42,279 nt of DNA from Jimgerdemannia flammicorona (lineage: Eukaryota): contig RBNJ01000093.1 in NCBI GenBank assembly GCA_003990765.1, positions 1 to 42,279 of the forward strand, in the 5' to 3' direction. The notes below the pieces were generated by a model. The model saw only the letters and a list, made by a program, of their open reading frames with translations, had not been told where the DNA came from and made no database searches. Numbering within the stretch: position 1 is the stretch's first letter; the number at the start of each line of letters is the position of its first letter. A program made the position numbers and the translations under genes. This document shows positions 11,330 through 24,700 of this stretch, in pieces.

Positions 11330-13490
11330 TTATTCAAAAAAAAAAAGTCAAAGAATAAGAAATAGATGTCCTTATTAATAGTAGTACATTTGACAACTTT
11401 ATTAGTAAAGAGATAATAAAAGAGCTGAAGATTATTACTATTAAGCTACTATGATAAGTGAAGTTTAAGATTTTTATAACTGATAGAAAAAAAAATCAAG
11501 TTAACAGAATGATAGCCAAGTTACTCTATATAATACAAGAGTACTTTGAAAAATTAATTTCTATATTACACTTCTGTAAGAATATTACATCATTCTGAAA
11601 ACTCTGGTTAATACTATACAATTCTGATATTGATTAGAGAGAAAATAAGTTCATGCTAAATAAAGAAGAAAAGAAGGTCATACTGGAAGTAAAGAAGCCT
11701 ACAAAAGTATTAGTAGAAATTATATCTGTAATTCAATTTAAGAAGCTTTTCAAAAAGTACAAGTAAGCATTCTTGGTAATTATACAACCCTCAAAACCAG
11801 AAATAGGAAAGGATCTCCCAAAAACAGTCTAATCTCTGGTTTAAGAATTTAAGGATATTTTTCCAAATGATCTACCTATAGGACTACTATCTAAAAGGAG
11901 CATAGATTATGAAATCAAAATTCTTCCAGACTCTGAACCTCTATACAAGTCACTATATTTTATATTATAATCTGAACTAGAACTCTTTCAAAAAGAATTA
12001 AAAGACCTAGCTACTAAAGGATACATTTAACCAAGCAAATCACTCTATAGTATATCTATTCTTTTTATCAAGAAAAAGAATAGCACTATGTGAATATATA
12101 TTAACTACTATACTCTCAACAAGATTACAGTTAAGAACTAGTATCTATTATTAAGAGTAGATGAAATATTAGATAGACTCCTATATGCTAAGATCTTTTC
12201 AAAATTGGACCTCTATGCTAGCTATCATTAAGTCTATATTAAGGAAGAGGATATTTCCAAGACTGTCTTCAAGATATGCTATGGTCTATGGGAATTTTTG
12301 GTCATACCCTTTGGTCTCACCAATGTACTACATCTTTCAGAGATTGATATAAGATATTCTGTGACCATACCTTGATATCTTTGTTATTATCTATCTAGAT
12401 GATATTCTGATATTCAGTATATTAGAAAGAGAACACTTTAAGTACCTTTAATAAGTATTTGAGAAGTTGTAAGAAAATAAGCTTTACTATAAGCTTAGTA
12501 AATATGAATTCTTCAAAAAGGAGATAGAATATTTTAGCTATATTATTTCAGCCAATAGTATTCAGCCTAATCCCAAGAAAGTTCAAACAGTCTCAGATTG
12601 GTCTATTCCAGTAAACATCTATAATATCAGATCTTTTCTGGGGCTATCTGGATATTACTACTAATTTATTGAAGATTACTCCAGTATTGCCAAGCTTATG
12701 ACTGAATTATTGAAGATTAGTAATCAATTTCAATAGACTCCTGTCTATCAAGAGGTATTCCAACCTCTAAAGACAAAACTGATAACTATTATAACCCAGA
12801 CCCAGCTCTGTAGTTTACAGTTACTATAGATATATCTAGATATATAATCAGTATAGTACTGTCTTAAGATACAAGCAAGAGACCTCAGCCAGTTGCATAT
12901 TCTTTACAAAAATTGAATGAGACTAAACAAAAATATGCTATCTATGAAAAAGAACTCCTAGCTATTTATGAGATTCTATAAAATTGACAATACTATCTCA
13001 AAGATCAATATTTTGATATTATTACTAATTATAAGTTACTTATATATCTCAACTTAGATCTCTATCTATTTCTAAATTAGACAAAATAGATTGAGTATAT
13101 CCAAGCCTTTAATGCCAAGATTATCTCTAAGTTAGGTAAGACAAGTATAGTGGTCAATGTCTTATTAAAGAGGCCCAATCTTAGTATCATCAAGATGACC
13201 TCAGACAAGACTCTTCTGGATGAACTAAAAGAAAGATATTACTAGGATCCAGTTATAAAAGAAATCCTTACAAGCCTACTAGAAGAATATAAAATATAAA
13301 TTCTAAACTCCAATAACCTTCACTTTAAGATTCTTAAAGAAAATTATAACTCTCCTCTTGCTGGTTACATGGGATACTAGAAAACCATCCACAATATCTA
13401 TTATTATTTATTCTAGCCTGCAATGAATCAAGATATTAAGAAATATATCTCTACCTATAATCACTGCCAAAAGAATAAGATATCAAGATT
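11330..13490 (+). pseudogene. Degenerate pol of the host Gypsy element (PR, RT, RNase H, start of IN); 3'-truncated
   Basis: VLI(D)S(G)..DNFI ~11368; PFGLTN ~12307; YLDDILIFS ~12392; EKELLAI ~12945; HHCC remnant (...HCQKNK) ~13460. Confidence 0.88.
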
Positions 13491-13549
13491 ATACTCTAAT
13501 ATCTCTATATAGATACATATGTATATATATCTTTCTACAGTCTAGATAG

Positions 13550-14377
13550 TAGTTATTATTGGTTTTTGTTATGAGATTGGGACTTGGCCAGTGCTGGATC
13601 TGGTAGTTCTTTTTAAACTCTGGCAGATATCAGTTATAGGAACTACAAGAGAGGAACTTATCTTGATTTCTTGAATCTTTTGCCAGACTTCATCATAGAT
13701 ATTTCAGAGCATAGTCTTCAGAGTATACTTCTTCTTGAGCTTTAGAATAATAGGCTCTTGTTCTTCTTGTTCTATTTCTTTATCCTCTAGTGATAGTTCA
13801 TTTATTTCAGAGATAAATAATAAGAGAGACTAGTGAGATGTTTCAATCTACTCTTCTTCATCTTTCTGAATAATTCTTCTGCTGGTATTTCTGGATGGTC
13901 TTCCTATTGATCTCTTTCTTTTCTCAGCTAGATAGACTGTTTTCTTAGTAATAATCTTGGTTGGGTATAGGTCTAGATTACTATAGTCTTTGCTGTTGCT
14001 CTCTTCTTCAAAATCTTGGACAGAGTAAGCTTCAGTCTTCTTTTTTCTAGATTGTATTCTTTTGATTTGATAGTTCTGAGTCTCTTTGATCACTTTTTCT
14101 ATTATTATATTCTGTGACATAATGTCTGAACTATCCACAGGAGAAGTATTGAACTTAGGCTCTATCTTAGACTAGACATCTTCTTTCTTCTTATAGCCAG
14201 TAGTTTTATTATCTCTGGGTAGGTAGTCTTAGTTTCTTTATAGTGTATACCCTCTGTTGTCCTGTAGATAGCTCTGATTTTCATATGTAATGAGTTTTTT
14301 AATTTGTCCAACCAATTAGTCCAACTTGAAGTTAAGGTCTTAGATTTTATTTAACTCTTTCTTCTTAACTGACTTCC
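13550..14377 (-). pseudogene. Downstream part of a degenerate gag-like ORF, continued from 18848-19566
   Basis: K/E-rich minus-strand frame (track ORF 13848-14138); joined to 18848 across the CTTCC/CTTCT TSD of the solo LTR. Confidence 0.5.
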
Positions 14378-14690
14378 TATAAGCACACAATCTCCAAGCC
14401 ACCAAAATCATACATCACCCTCAGAAATCATATATAAGATTATAAAGCTGAGTCAACTTGAAGTCATAGAATATAAAAATTACACAAATAGAATCTTATC
14501 AATCAGGATCAAAAGTATATATACTGAAAACACTAGTATATTAAAATGGAGAACTATAACAAACCAAAACAAATAACTGCAACTCTTGAATATATATTGT
14601 GACATACACAATTGATAATGGAGTACCAGTGACTGCTAAGATCAGACGACATAATGGCGTGACAATCAAATAGACAGCCTGACCCATTAG

Positions 14691-15791
14691 GTGATCATCC
14701 CAAAAGAAGACAAGATGATCCGAGCCAAAATGAAGACCACGTTATTTAAGAAACCATACTCCACCTCAAGGATCGGCACCAAAGAACCAAGTACCCATTA
14801 CACAATGCCTCCCATTCACCAAACCAACCAGACCTCCCACCACTCTACCCCTTTGCCTGGCCCAAAAAACCTGATCTTTGAAGCTATCAAGAAGGCTATC
14901 TGGTGCCCAGATACCTCCGAACACTTGAACTTCTACACTGAGGACCTTGGACACTTTATCAACTACTGGTATTTAATGACCCAACAGCTCAAAGACACTA
15001 CCAAACGAATGACCCTCTGGCATGACTATGAAATTGGACACCGCCTTCGCAATGAGACTTAAGAAGGCGACCAGGAAGACCTCATTGCCAAAATGTTAAC
15101 CACCAGCCGGCTAATCAAGAGAGCCCTCTGTATCCATCAAATCTTCCGCCATATTCCCTGGGCTATAGCACACTTGCAAGGAGTAACAGCTGGCAGCCTC
15201 TCTCGCCTTTCAACTGAAGATGCTGACTAGATAGAATCTGAAGTAGCCAATGCTATTGGCAGCAACTGCATCGCCGTAGGAAGCCAACAAACCGAACCTA
15301 CTCAGCCAGGTTTCCACACCACCCCACTCCGAGACAACCATCAAGGTCACCTAATGAGTCTTATGGAGATATTTGAAGGACCGCCCATCACTATAGAGGT
15401 ACCTGTGGGAGCTACCCCAACCACCCACTACTCTGTCAGCCACAATTCACACCTCATTATTTGGGAACCGAATCAAGAAGAAGCCCAAGAAGTTCCTGTC
15501 TTTGAAGAGGAGACCCAAGAACTCCAAGACCCTGCCTCTGAAGAAACCCCCTCTGACACTGAAACTGACGAGTCTTCAGAAGAAGAAGAGGAGCAACAGA
15601 GAGTCTACCAGTCCTCTGTCTGCATTCAAGCTGTTCAAGGGTTGGAGAATGTTGTTGAAGATGACTGGCCACTTTTCTACCCCCTCACCTCTTGGCCGGC
15701 ACTTCCCCCCTTTGAGGAGAGATATGATGAAGAAGAAATCACAACCCAGCAAGATTTGCCTGCCACGGACGAAGGGTACTATTTCCTCTAG
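14691..15791 (+). pseudogene. U3-encoded ORF of LTR-B (~330-365 aa; likely ATG at 14715 or 14805)
   Basis: Track ORFs 14691-15062 and 15354-15791 are in frame; only TAA 15060-15062 and TAG 15228-15230 interrupt them; acidic C-terminus. Confidence 0.82.
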
Positions 15792-15842
15792 AGTACCGCC
15801 CATCAGCCGTGAGAACTCAGCTTTTGTCAGCAAGTCTGTTTC

Positions 15843-16115
15843 CAGCGTTGCTACCCAGCACAACCGTTTTCAGCATTGCTACCCAGTACCACCATTTTCA
15901 GCATTGCTACCCAGTACCACCGTTTTCAGCATTTTGTCAGCAGATCCGAATTCAGCGTTGCCACCCTCCACAACCATTTCTGGCAACAATCATCATATCA
16001 TGTCAGCTCATCCGAATTCAGCGTTGCTACCCAGCACAACCATTTTCAGCGTTGCTATCCAGTGCCGCCATTTTCAGCATTTTGTCAGCAAGTCCGAATC
16101 CAGCGTTGCTATCCC
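15843..16115 (+). repeat. 28-bp tandem array (CAGCGTTGCTACCCAGCACAACCGTTTT) in U3 of LTR-B
   Basis: Units start at 15843, 15871, 15899, 15927 and 16019, 16047, 16075, with variants between. Confidence 0.9.
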
Positions 16116-16241
16116 CTATAACCCAATCCGTAGTAAACAATAGCCTGCACCTCGCATCATGCAAACCAATAGCATAAGTTCGCCACAACGTAGTATACCT
16201 TAGCCTTAGTCGCACCCCCTCTCCCATAGCTAGCAAACTTG

Positions 16242-16273
16242 TATAAATAACCCATATTCTTAGAGTGAATAAA
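16242..16273 (+). promoter_or_regulatory. TATA box (16242-16249) and AATAAA (16268-16273) of LTR-B
   Basis: Motifs seen directly; their position after the U3 repeats fits LTR organisation. Confidence 0.6.
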
Positions 16274-17074
16274 CCTCAGTCAACTGGTTTTGAGAAATAA
16301 CCACTGCCTCTAAGAGACCGGATAAATTCTGAGAACAAGATAACTAGAGCAACGATTGCTCGAGGTTTGAGTTAAAGAATTTTCTCTTGCCACGGAAAGA
16401 AAGAAAACATTACAAGACCGCTGCCACGAAAAGGATTCAAGACCACGGACTGCCTGCCATTCAGTCAGTTTGTGTTTAAAGAAAACGTTATCTGACCGCC
16501 GCCATTCAACTGCCATTCGAGACCCGAGACCCAGTCAACGATTCAAGAATTCGACCACTGTGCATTCAGACCGCCATTTGGACTGCGCATTCGAGATTCA
16601 AGACCCGGAACCCAAGATACCCTGCCAAAGGATACAAGACCGCTGCCAAAGACCTGAATGACCACCAGGAACCTCTCAAGTTAACAAGTCAAGACAGACG
16701 AGCAAGCCATCAACCTCCATTTTCTGACCTACTGTGCCATGGACTGCTTTAATTGACCGCATAAAGAGCAAGACCGTCAAGACCATCGCCACATAAATTC
16801 AAGTTTGCCATCAAGTTAATCACCGCCAGGAAACTTAGCCAGCATAATTGCCGCCCTTATCCACTAAACAATTGAGCCATCGATGTCCTGAGCCACTATC
16901 GTTGAATGAACTCCTGCTATTATTACCGCACGAATTGAACGACCTGTCACATGACCAACAACCCGTAACCATCGCGAACGCACTCACATCCATCGCGCGC
17001 TTCACCAAGTGGCACACATTGAGCCATGCAGTCGAAGTTCATTATATACAAATTGAATGCCACAATATATAAAC

Positions 17075-18176
17075 ATAACCATTGAGATCTATAACTATAT
17101 TTATACTGATATTTAGAATATCATTGTCAACTGAGCCATACCTCCTCTACCCCTCATGAATATCCATAGTCTGGCACCTCTTTACTTTATGGAAGCCTGA
17201 TGGAATATTCTAAATATGCTCAGTAAAGCTCACCAAATCAGACAAATCTCAAGCTACTATCAGATTAATCATCTCTTAGAAGATATGATTGAACACCACT
17301 ATAATATAGATATTACCCAGATGTCTCAACATCAGAAACTCATTGCCTGTAAATACTGAGAACTCTTTTATAAGTATAGTATCTTTATTCTCTGCCTCCA
17401 AGTCACTATTACTAAAATGGTTACCACTCTGTCCTATGGCCAAATTGACAATATATATAATATAAGAATTCAACCACAAGTATATCAAGTATGTTCAAAT
17501 CACAGACAGATCCTTTTTCCATCCTGATAACTATATTCTGCAAATGCCCTAAGTCAGATATACTATGAAGGATATCTATGATATAATTCAGTTTGACAAT
17601 GATGAAGCAGAAGACAATAATCTCTCTGATACCAATATAACCTCTAGCCAAAGATCTCTACCAACTCTGATCACCCTGCTAACCTTACTGATAAACTTAT
17701 AGTAGTTTATAACTATCTATGAGACCTATTGGAATAATGATCACTAGCATGAGTACCAATCTGTATTTATACCTAATTACTTCAACTATAATGAAAATAC
17801 CAGAGAATATAATCTGTATCTCTAGACAACTCTTGAGATTGAACTGATAACTCCATCTTTTGAGTATAAATAAAACAAACTATAGCTACTAGCTTACTAC
17901 AACCCTATAACTCATAGTGCTATTACTTATAGAAGATATACAGATAGTGAATCTGATGAAAGTGAAGATGATATATCTCTCCTTCACCCACTAATACCCT
18001 ATCCAGCATATAAGACAGATGATACTATCTTATAGAATAATAATATAGTTCTAATATACTACTATATAAATAAACAAGGAGATATCATCCAAGAACCACT
18101 CTTTCTAGACAACTACTTCATCAGAGATAATATCATCAATGGTGACCTCATTGAAGAATACCCAAATAGTATCTAA
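17075..18176 (+). pseudogene. U3 ORF of the solo LTR-A copy, heavily mutated
   Basis: Colinear with 1106-2204 and 9474-10570; ATG>ATA at 17075, TAA 18174-18176. Confidence 0.78.
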
Positions 18177-18847
18177 ATCTATAGATGACTTAGTAGTTAT
18201 TAGTATAGTTAGATTAGCCTTAATGATATAACTGCATATTGACTCAGCAGTCAGATGATCTCTTAATATGTCAGTTTACACTTATACTATATGACAGTAT
18301 TCTGACTTAGCAAAATACTAAGTACTATATCTATATTTAGTATAATCTAGATAGCTCCTTATTAGTATAAATACCCACTTCTCCAAATCTCAGAAACTTA
18401 GATAAAAATACAGACAAAAATAACTTAAGAACACTTCCACACATACAATATCTCTTCATAAACTACTCCTAGTATAGTAATATTATAAATAGTGAATAAA
18501 TCTATTTAATAATCTACAAACTACTCTTAAGTAAATCCACACCCTATTAGGTCTCACTTCTAACTAAGTTACAAAATTTCCTAATTGGGTATTGTCTACA
18601 GTAATATATCAATTCAACTAAGCTGGTCTTAGTTTCTTAAACTTCTAAATTCTGAATATTCAGAACTAGTCCAAAAAAGGACTTTGGTTGAGATATCAAT
18701 CTAATCTTAAAATTAATGAGTATAGAGAATATATTCTATATGAAATTGATCTTGATCTTAAGAAAACAGTCTTTCAGAATATCCAGAACTTCTAGAAAAC
18801 TCTTTCAGAACTATATAATAGTACTCTAACAAAGTAACCCTCTTATA

Positions 18848-19566
18848 CTTCTCTTTTTCTGATTTACCATATTCTTGAAGGAGTCTTTGCAGAGTTTTAA
18901 CTAAGAGGTCTTCCTTGTTACCTTTCTTATCATAATTACTCTAGGTAGTTCCTTGTCTGATATTGAAAAATCCTTAAGCTATATCTACTTGTTCTTTAGA
19001 CTTTCTGATATCTAGAGTATAGATATACTAGGCAATATTTGAAGAGATTCTATTTATAAAGATCATTGGATCTATAATATCTTAGTTTGTAGTATGAAAT
19101 CTAGCTATATATTCTTTTCTGAATTCTAATAAGAATACTCTAGGCAATTCTCTAAGATTCATCTTTATCTCTATGATAGATTTTTGAGCTTTGTAGTATA
19201 TTTCATTTCCTGTATTTTTTCAATAAGTCAGTAGATTATAGTGCTATATTCTTTTTTCCAGAATAATACTATATAGATGGCTGCTCTATAGTCTAAATGT
19301 GCATTACTTATTACTTAGTTGAAAATTCCCTTGGTTGGTTCTCTGAGTTAGGCTTTAAAGATAGTGACTTTTCTCTAGATAGAAAGATTCTTTAAGGCTA
19401 CTATTTTTTAATTCTATTAAGAAATTCTCTTGGATCTTCTTCTAAGTATCCTGCAGAGATTGGTATTGAGGTAGCTATTTTATTATCACTACCTTCTGGT
19501 TCTGATTTACTTTTTGAGTTGTTATTAGAGCTTGAGATACTTAGATATTTCAAAGATAATAGACTA
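18848..19566 (-). pseudogene. N-terminal gag-like remnant of another LTR element, cut by the LINE at 19567
   Basis: IPISAGYLEEDPREFLNRIKK resembles the retrotransposon Gag N-terminal F-x-G-x3-D-P-x-x-[FW]-L motif. Confidence 0.6.
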
Positions 19567-21670
19567 TATCTTTCTTTAGTATAATTCATATTACACAAAT
19601 ATCTTTAATTACTTTTTATATAGTTTTTAGAGAAAAGATACTAGCAATATAACAATATACAAGAATTCTGATAGGTAAGCTGGATTAGGTGAACCTGGAG
19701 CCTTTGACTAGTAATATATCAGAAGGAACTATAGTATAGAGATGGGTCTTTTCAATAGTATAAGTAGGTAGAGAGAGTCAGATAGGAGTTAACTACTAGA
19801 TATAAGTAGTAGAGAGTAGAGATAGATAAGCTTTACTGATAAGATGAAGATATGAAATAGACCTGGAGGTGCTCAGAGTAATAAGTCTAGAGAGAAGAAA
19901 AGGACAGATACTGGGAGGGCTAAGGGGTCATTACCTGATAGAGCTGATATATATATATAAGGGCTAGTAGGGCTACTACTGGAGGCAGAGGTATGACTAT
20001 TAATGACAAGATTAGGATAGATCTGGAAATAAATCCAGATGTAACTATTAATGATAAGGCTGAGTAGGTAAAGAATATAGAGAAGAGGAATCTGATGGAT
20101 AGTGTAATAGGCCTAGTAGTGGCACTATTACTCAAAAAATCAATCTTGGAATTTACAGTTACTTTGTACTTCTGAGAAACTAGTAGTAATGGCCAAAATA
20201 TTATTGGGTCTAATTATAAGTTAAATAATAGGAGCTATCTTAGTGAAGTTCTTGCATAGACTAGAGAGAGTTAAGATGAGATTTGAGAAGAAGAGATTAT
20301 TAGTGGAGATCATATAGTCTGGGCTGTCTGTTGATAAAGTAGTAGTACTGATAGCTTATTGTTTGAGATGAGACCTAAGAGTAGTTCAGCTCTTGGTAAA
20401 AGAGATATCTATAGTAATGATTGTTGAGATAAAGAAAAGGATAAAGAATATTATGAGAGAGTATGGTGAGATAGTAGATGTTGGATTTCAGATCTGAGAG
20501 GGAATCTTATTCAGGATAGAAGATGTGGATATCCAGCTCTAATTTATCAAAAAAGAGATCACTGAAAAGATAAGAGACTAGTCTTAGTACTGATGTGGAG
20601 TATCTTTGTTTATAAGATGGTGAGAGTAAAAGAGAGTGAAGAGAATGGAGAGAATCTATTGGAGGTACCGGAGAAACTCAGTAAAGTAATAGAGTATTAG
20701 ACAGTAGTATTATATATATATATATATAACATTATTATATCTAGAGATAGTTGATGGTAAGTGAATTTATATGAACAAGATATTGTAGGAGAAGGCTCAG
20801 GAGAGGAGGTAATAGCAGAATCTACTGGTAGATCTGAAGACAAAAGTAATATCTGAGGCTATAGAGAGATTGAGAGAAGTGAAGGCAAGTGATTGGGCTA
20901 GAGTTAGAGTAGAGAGGAAGAAGGAGAGTATGGAGGAGAGCAGAGAGATAAGAGACCAGAGATTCTATAATAATAGTATACTCAAGGTCTGAGAGGAGAA
21001 GGAGGATCATATTGAAGCTGGCTACTCAGAAGAAGAGAGCTGGAGAGGATATAGAGATGAGAAGTACCCATAAGGTCTGATTTAGGGTATCAGATGTAGT
21101 AAAGAGAGGGCAGATAGTTGGGACTGATACAGGACATTCAGAAGGAGGAGTGAGATGAGTCTATAAGTGTCAGTACTAATACTATATTATTGAAAGAGGG
21201 GAGGCCTATAACTTCTGATGAGAAATATATTGGAGATATATACTAGATGAGTATAATGATGAACAAGTTGACTGCAGAGGACTGAGAGAAATAGACCTAC
21301 ATATTGTCAGTAAGGAGTAATGGATAAGAGTATTGTAGATTGATAGAGTGATAGAGAAGCTGAAGGCTGAGATATTGGCTATATTTATAAAGAAAGAAAG
21401 TTATGAGGTAGATGTGATAAGAGAAACTAAATTAGCAGTAGTTGCTGAGAGTATGCAGCCTTCTAATAGAAGCAGATACATAGATTGCAGCTTTGACAAG
21501 AGGTGTATATAGAGTACAAAGAGGAGATAAAGGTCAAGAATAATAAGATAATAGCAGAGATACTGACTGAATTAGAGACTAGGAAGGTTGAGGAGAAGAA
21601 AGCTATTGTAGAGCATGGTCTGGACTTAGCTCAAGAGGAGATGAGTGTGGAACTGTAAAGAGGTTGAGAA
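19567..21670 (+). mobile_element. 5' UTR and ORF1 fragment of a LINE related to 21741-27491
   Basis: Begins TATCTTTCT like the 5' end of the full LINE; shared segment near 20030-20190 versus 26890-27060 (antisense peptides ATTRPITLS / TATRPITPS). Confidence 0.75.
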
Positions 21671-21799
21671 TATGACATTATGTAGGTTTTCTTTTGATCC
21701 AGAAAGATCAATCTCTCATCTAGCCCACTAGTCCTTATCTTTTTTTCTTTTTTTTTTATAGTCACAAGGACTCTTACTTTATTACTAAACTATCTATGA

Positions 21800-24700
21800 T
21801 ATATTAATACAAATGAGCTCCTTATCCAATCTCACTCAGAAACTCTCTCTCTCCCTCACTATTCTCCTAAAACACCACTGATCCCTCTGCTATTCCAACT
21901 CTCTCCCCACTCTTCCTACAGATTATCTCCACCAATCACCTCTGATACCTCTCACTAGTACCTCCACCCCTCTGTCACCCATTCAACATATCTGTTATTA
22001 GCTACTCTAATCTAGCCACTCTCACCACCAAAGTCAACTATTGATCCTCCTCAAATATATATAGTCAATATTCTATAAGTCTGATCAAAATTGCCAACAC
22101 CTATCCTAATATCAATCACTTATCTCTCAATCCCCCCACCAGCCTCCTCTGGAGATCACCCCACCTCCCTTCTGCTACTAACTCTGGTGGATATACCTCT
22201 AGCTACATCTCAATCTCTCTCATCATCTCACACTCTCCTAGCCAATATTCAGAAGTCTGTACTACTCCTCCCTCCTGTCTAATGTTCAGATACTCCTCAC
22301 ACTCCTGGGTACCTCTTTCTACTAAGTATCCTATCCAGTAGTTCAATATTATATTATGCCATAGAATTCTCCACTATACTACCCAGAACTTGGGGGGGAT
22401 CTATCTTACCACCTGCTTGCTCTACTGCTAAATGCTGTTCCAGTCCTACTCCTCTCCAATCCCCACCCTCTGCCATATCTTAGGCCACAGATCTCTCCTA
22501 TATTTCTGAAGGCACTCTATGTCATCCTCCAAGCAGAAGTCTTCTACCAGTACCCCACCTAACAGAAGGCAGTTCCACCTATATATCTGGGGTCTCCATT
22601 CCTCCTCCCCCTCATCACCTCTCTAATGGAGATCAATATGGTATACTCTATCAACCATCTCTCATCAGAATCTCCTATATTGCATCCTCTGACTCTTCTC
22701 CAAAACCACCAGAGATAGAAGATCCCCAGTTACACCATAGGGAGAGAACCAGGCCTCTCATACCCTCTGCATGAGGGGCACCCACTCTCTGCTCTTCAAC
22801 TCACTTACTTACTTCAGCTACCATACTCTCAAGCAGTGAAGACACTTGGGGAAATCTACCAGACCCAGGCCTCTCCTGTCTACTGGCTAGGTCAATACCT
22901 CAACTAATCTGACTTCATTGTTCTGCCTATATCTAAGTTCTGATCATCTTCAATAATTATTTGACCACCTATACTAGAAAATCCAAGTGGTACTCTAGAT
23001 ATTACAGCTTAGGCAATCAGTATATATTCAATACAGTTACCCTTTCTATTAGAGATATATAGTGACCACCCCACTTTAAGAGAGTACTTCTCCACTTTGT
23101 CAACTGCTACTCTCACTACCTATATAATAGTAAGAAGCTATATACCAAAAAGTAAATTCCCAGATAGCAAACAATCTCTCTCATAGGAGCAATTATTTCA
23201 ATCATATTCTCACCTACTATCTCTTCTCTCAACACCAATATCTCATACTTATACCAGTTGAGCTTAGCACTTAAGCATCTCTCATATCACTCTACTGTAC
23301 CTTTTAGAGCTATAACATTCTCAGCTGACCTTAGCCTAACTACCATATTATTGGCAAAGGCCCCTACCTTCCAATTAATCCCCAGAATATCCAACCCTCT
23401 CACTTGCTATTGTATTTTATCCAAAAGAGACTCCAGAGACAATATATACAGAATTGGTGACAGTGGATTCCCCTGCAATACTCCTCTGCCCAGAGGGAAT
23501 AAAACCCCTCTATACTCATTTACTATAATTACTACCTAACTCCCTTCCAGCAGACTGACCAAGGCCCACCAGACCCCAGGGGGGACCTTAATGTACTTTA
23601 GTACTCTTTTCAATCACACTTACTGAACTCTGTCATAGGCCTTCTCTTGGTCCAAGAAAACCAGCTATCCATCTACTCCAGCTATATAAGCTCCCTCAAT
23701 GATACCATGTACCTAGGCTGTCTCATCTTTGATCCAATGTCTCTCTACAAATTCTCTTTGCTCAGCTCCCAGAACCTGTTGAGCTACTTCTTGCAGCCTA
23801 GCCACTAGCACTTTCATGACCAGTTTGCAATCTATATCCAGAAGTATGATTGGTCTCCAGTTCTTCTACTTCTCTCTTCTCTCCTTATTCTTAAACAGCA
23901 GAGCCATAAGATCCAAGCTCTGCCCTCCAATCTATGTCTCTGAGCTAATTACTTTATCACACATTACTATCATTTCCTCCAGAATCAATTCAACTCCTGC
24001 TATCTTCTTCCAAAAATCCCACTGTAAGCCATCCTCTCCTAGTACAGTCCCAGAGCTTGTCATTATCAAAATCTGCTAAATCTCTTTCCCTTGAACAGCA
24101 GTACTAAGGTCATCTAAGCCCACTGCTGGATCAGGGTACTATTTCTCCAAGTGTCTGTCAATGTCTAGTATCCCAACTTCTCTATCCTCCTTGCTCTACA
24201 AATATCCCCACCATCTGCTCAACTGGTCCAGAATCTCTGATGTCTCAACAACCAACTCTCCAGCCTCATCTAAAACTCTCTCTCACTACTGCCATACTCT
24301 CCTTACCTGCAGAAGCTATAACAAAAACTTAGTAGGCCTTTCTCTCTCCTTCAATCTCTGTCACCACAACTGGACTGCCATATCCTTAATCTGTAGGTCC
24401 TCCTCTTACCTCAGTATATCCTTCAATTTCTCTACCTCTAGTCTGATCTACTATATTCACCAATTCCCATTCTCACCATCATTCAATAAATCTGTCTAAG
24501 TTACTAATAATCTTATCAATCTCCAGAGAGCCCACTTTATTCACTTCTTTCTCTAAGTACCCTACATTCTTCTTACCTCTCTTTAGTACTGTTGTACCTC
24601 AGATTTTAATTATATATATCTAGCAATCCCCAATCCCCAGCCTCTCTGCTCTCTAACTAAGAATTCTTGAGCTAATATCTACTACTCATACCTTCCATAA

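Larger units (their letters stand above)
14598..17064 (+). mobile_element. Solo LTR of a second family (B), 2467 bp, CpG-retaining and therefore probably young
   Basis: TGTGACAT...ATGCCACA inverted termini, ATAT(AT) on both flanks, LTR-A sequence resumes after it; internal TATAAATA and AATAAA. No PBS or PPT. Confidence 0.8.
14378..18847 (+). mobile_element. Solo LTR of family A (diverged subfamily), interrupted by solo LTR-B
   Basis: Starts TATAAGCACACAATCTCCAAGCC and ends AAAGTAACCCTCTTATA, matching LTR-A termini with TG>TA decay; TSD CTTCC (14373-14377) / CTTCT (18848-18852). Confidence 0.9.

Noticed and set aside
15843-16115. 28-bp repeats resembling a CRISPR array
   Set aside because: Units are head-to-tail with no unique spacers, there are no cas genes, and the context is a eukaryotic LTR.
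15502-16177. Overlapping 213-, 122- and 81-aa ORFs
   Set aside because: Alternative frames through the acidic tail of the LTR-B ORF and the 28-bp array; all three frames give the same repeated peptides.
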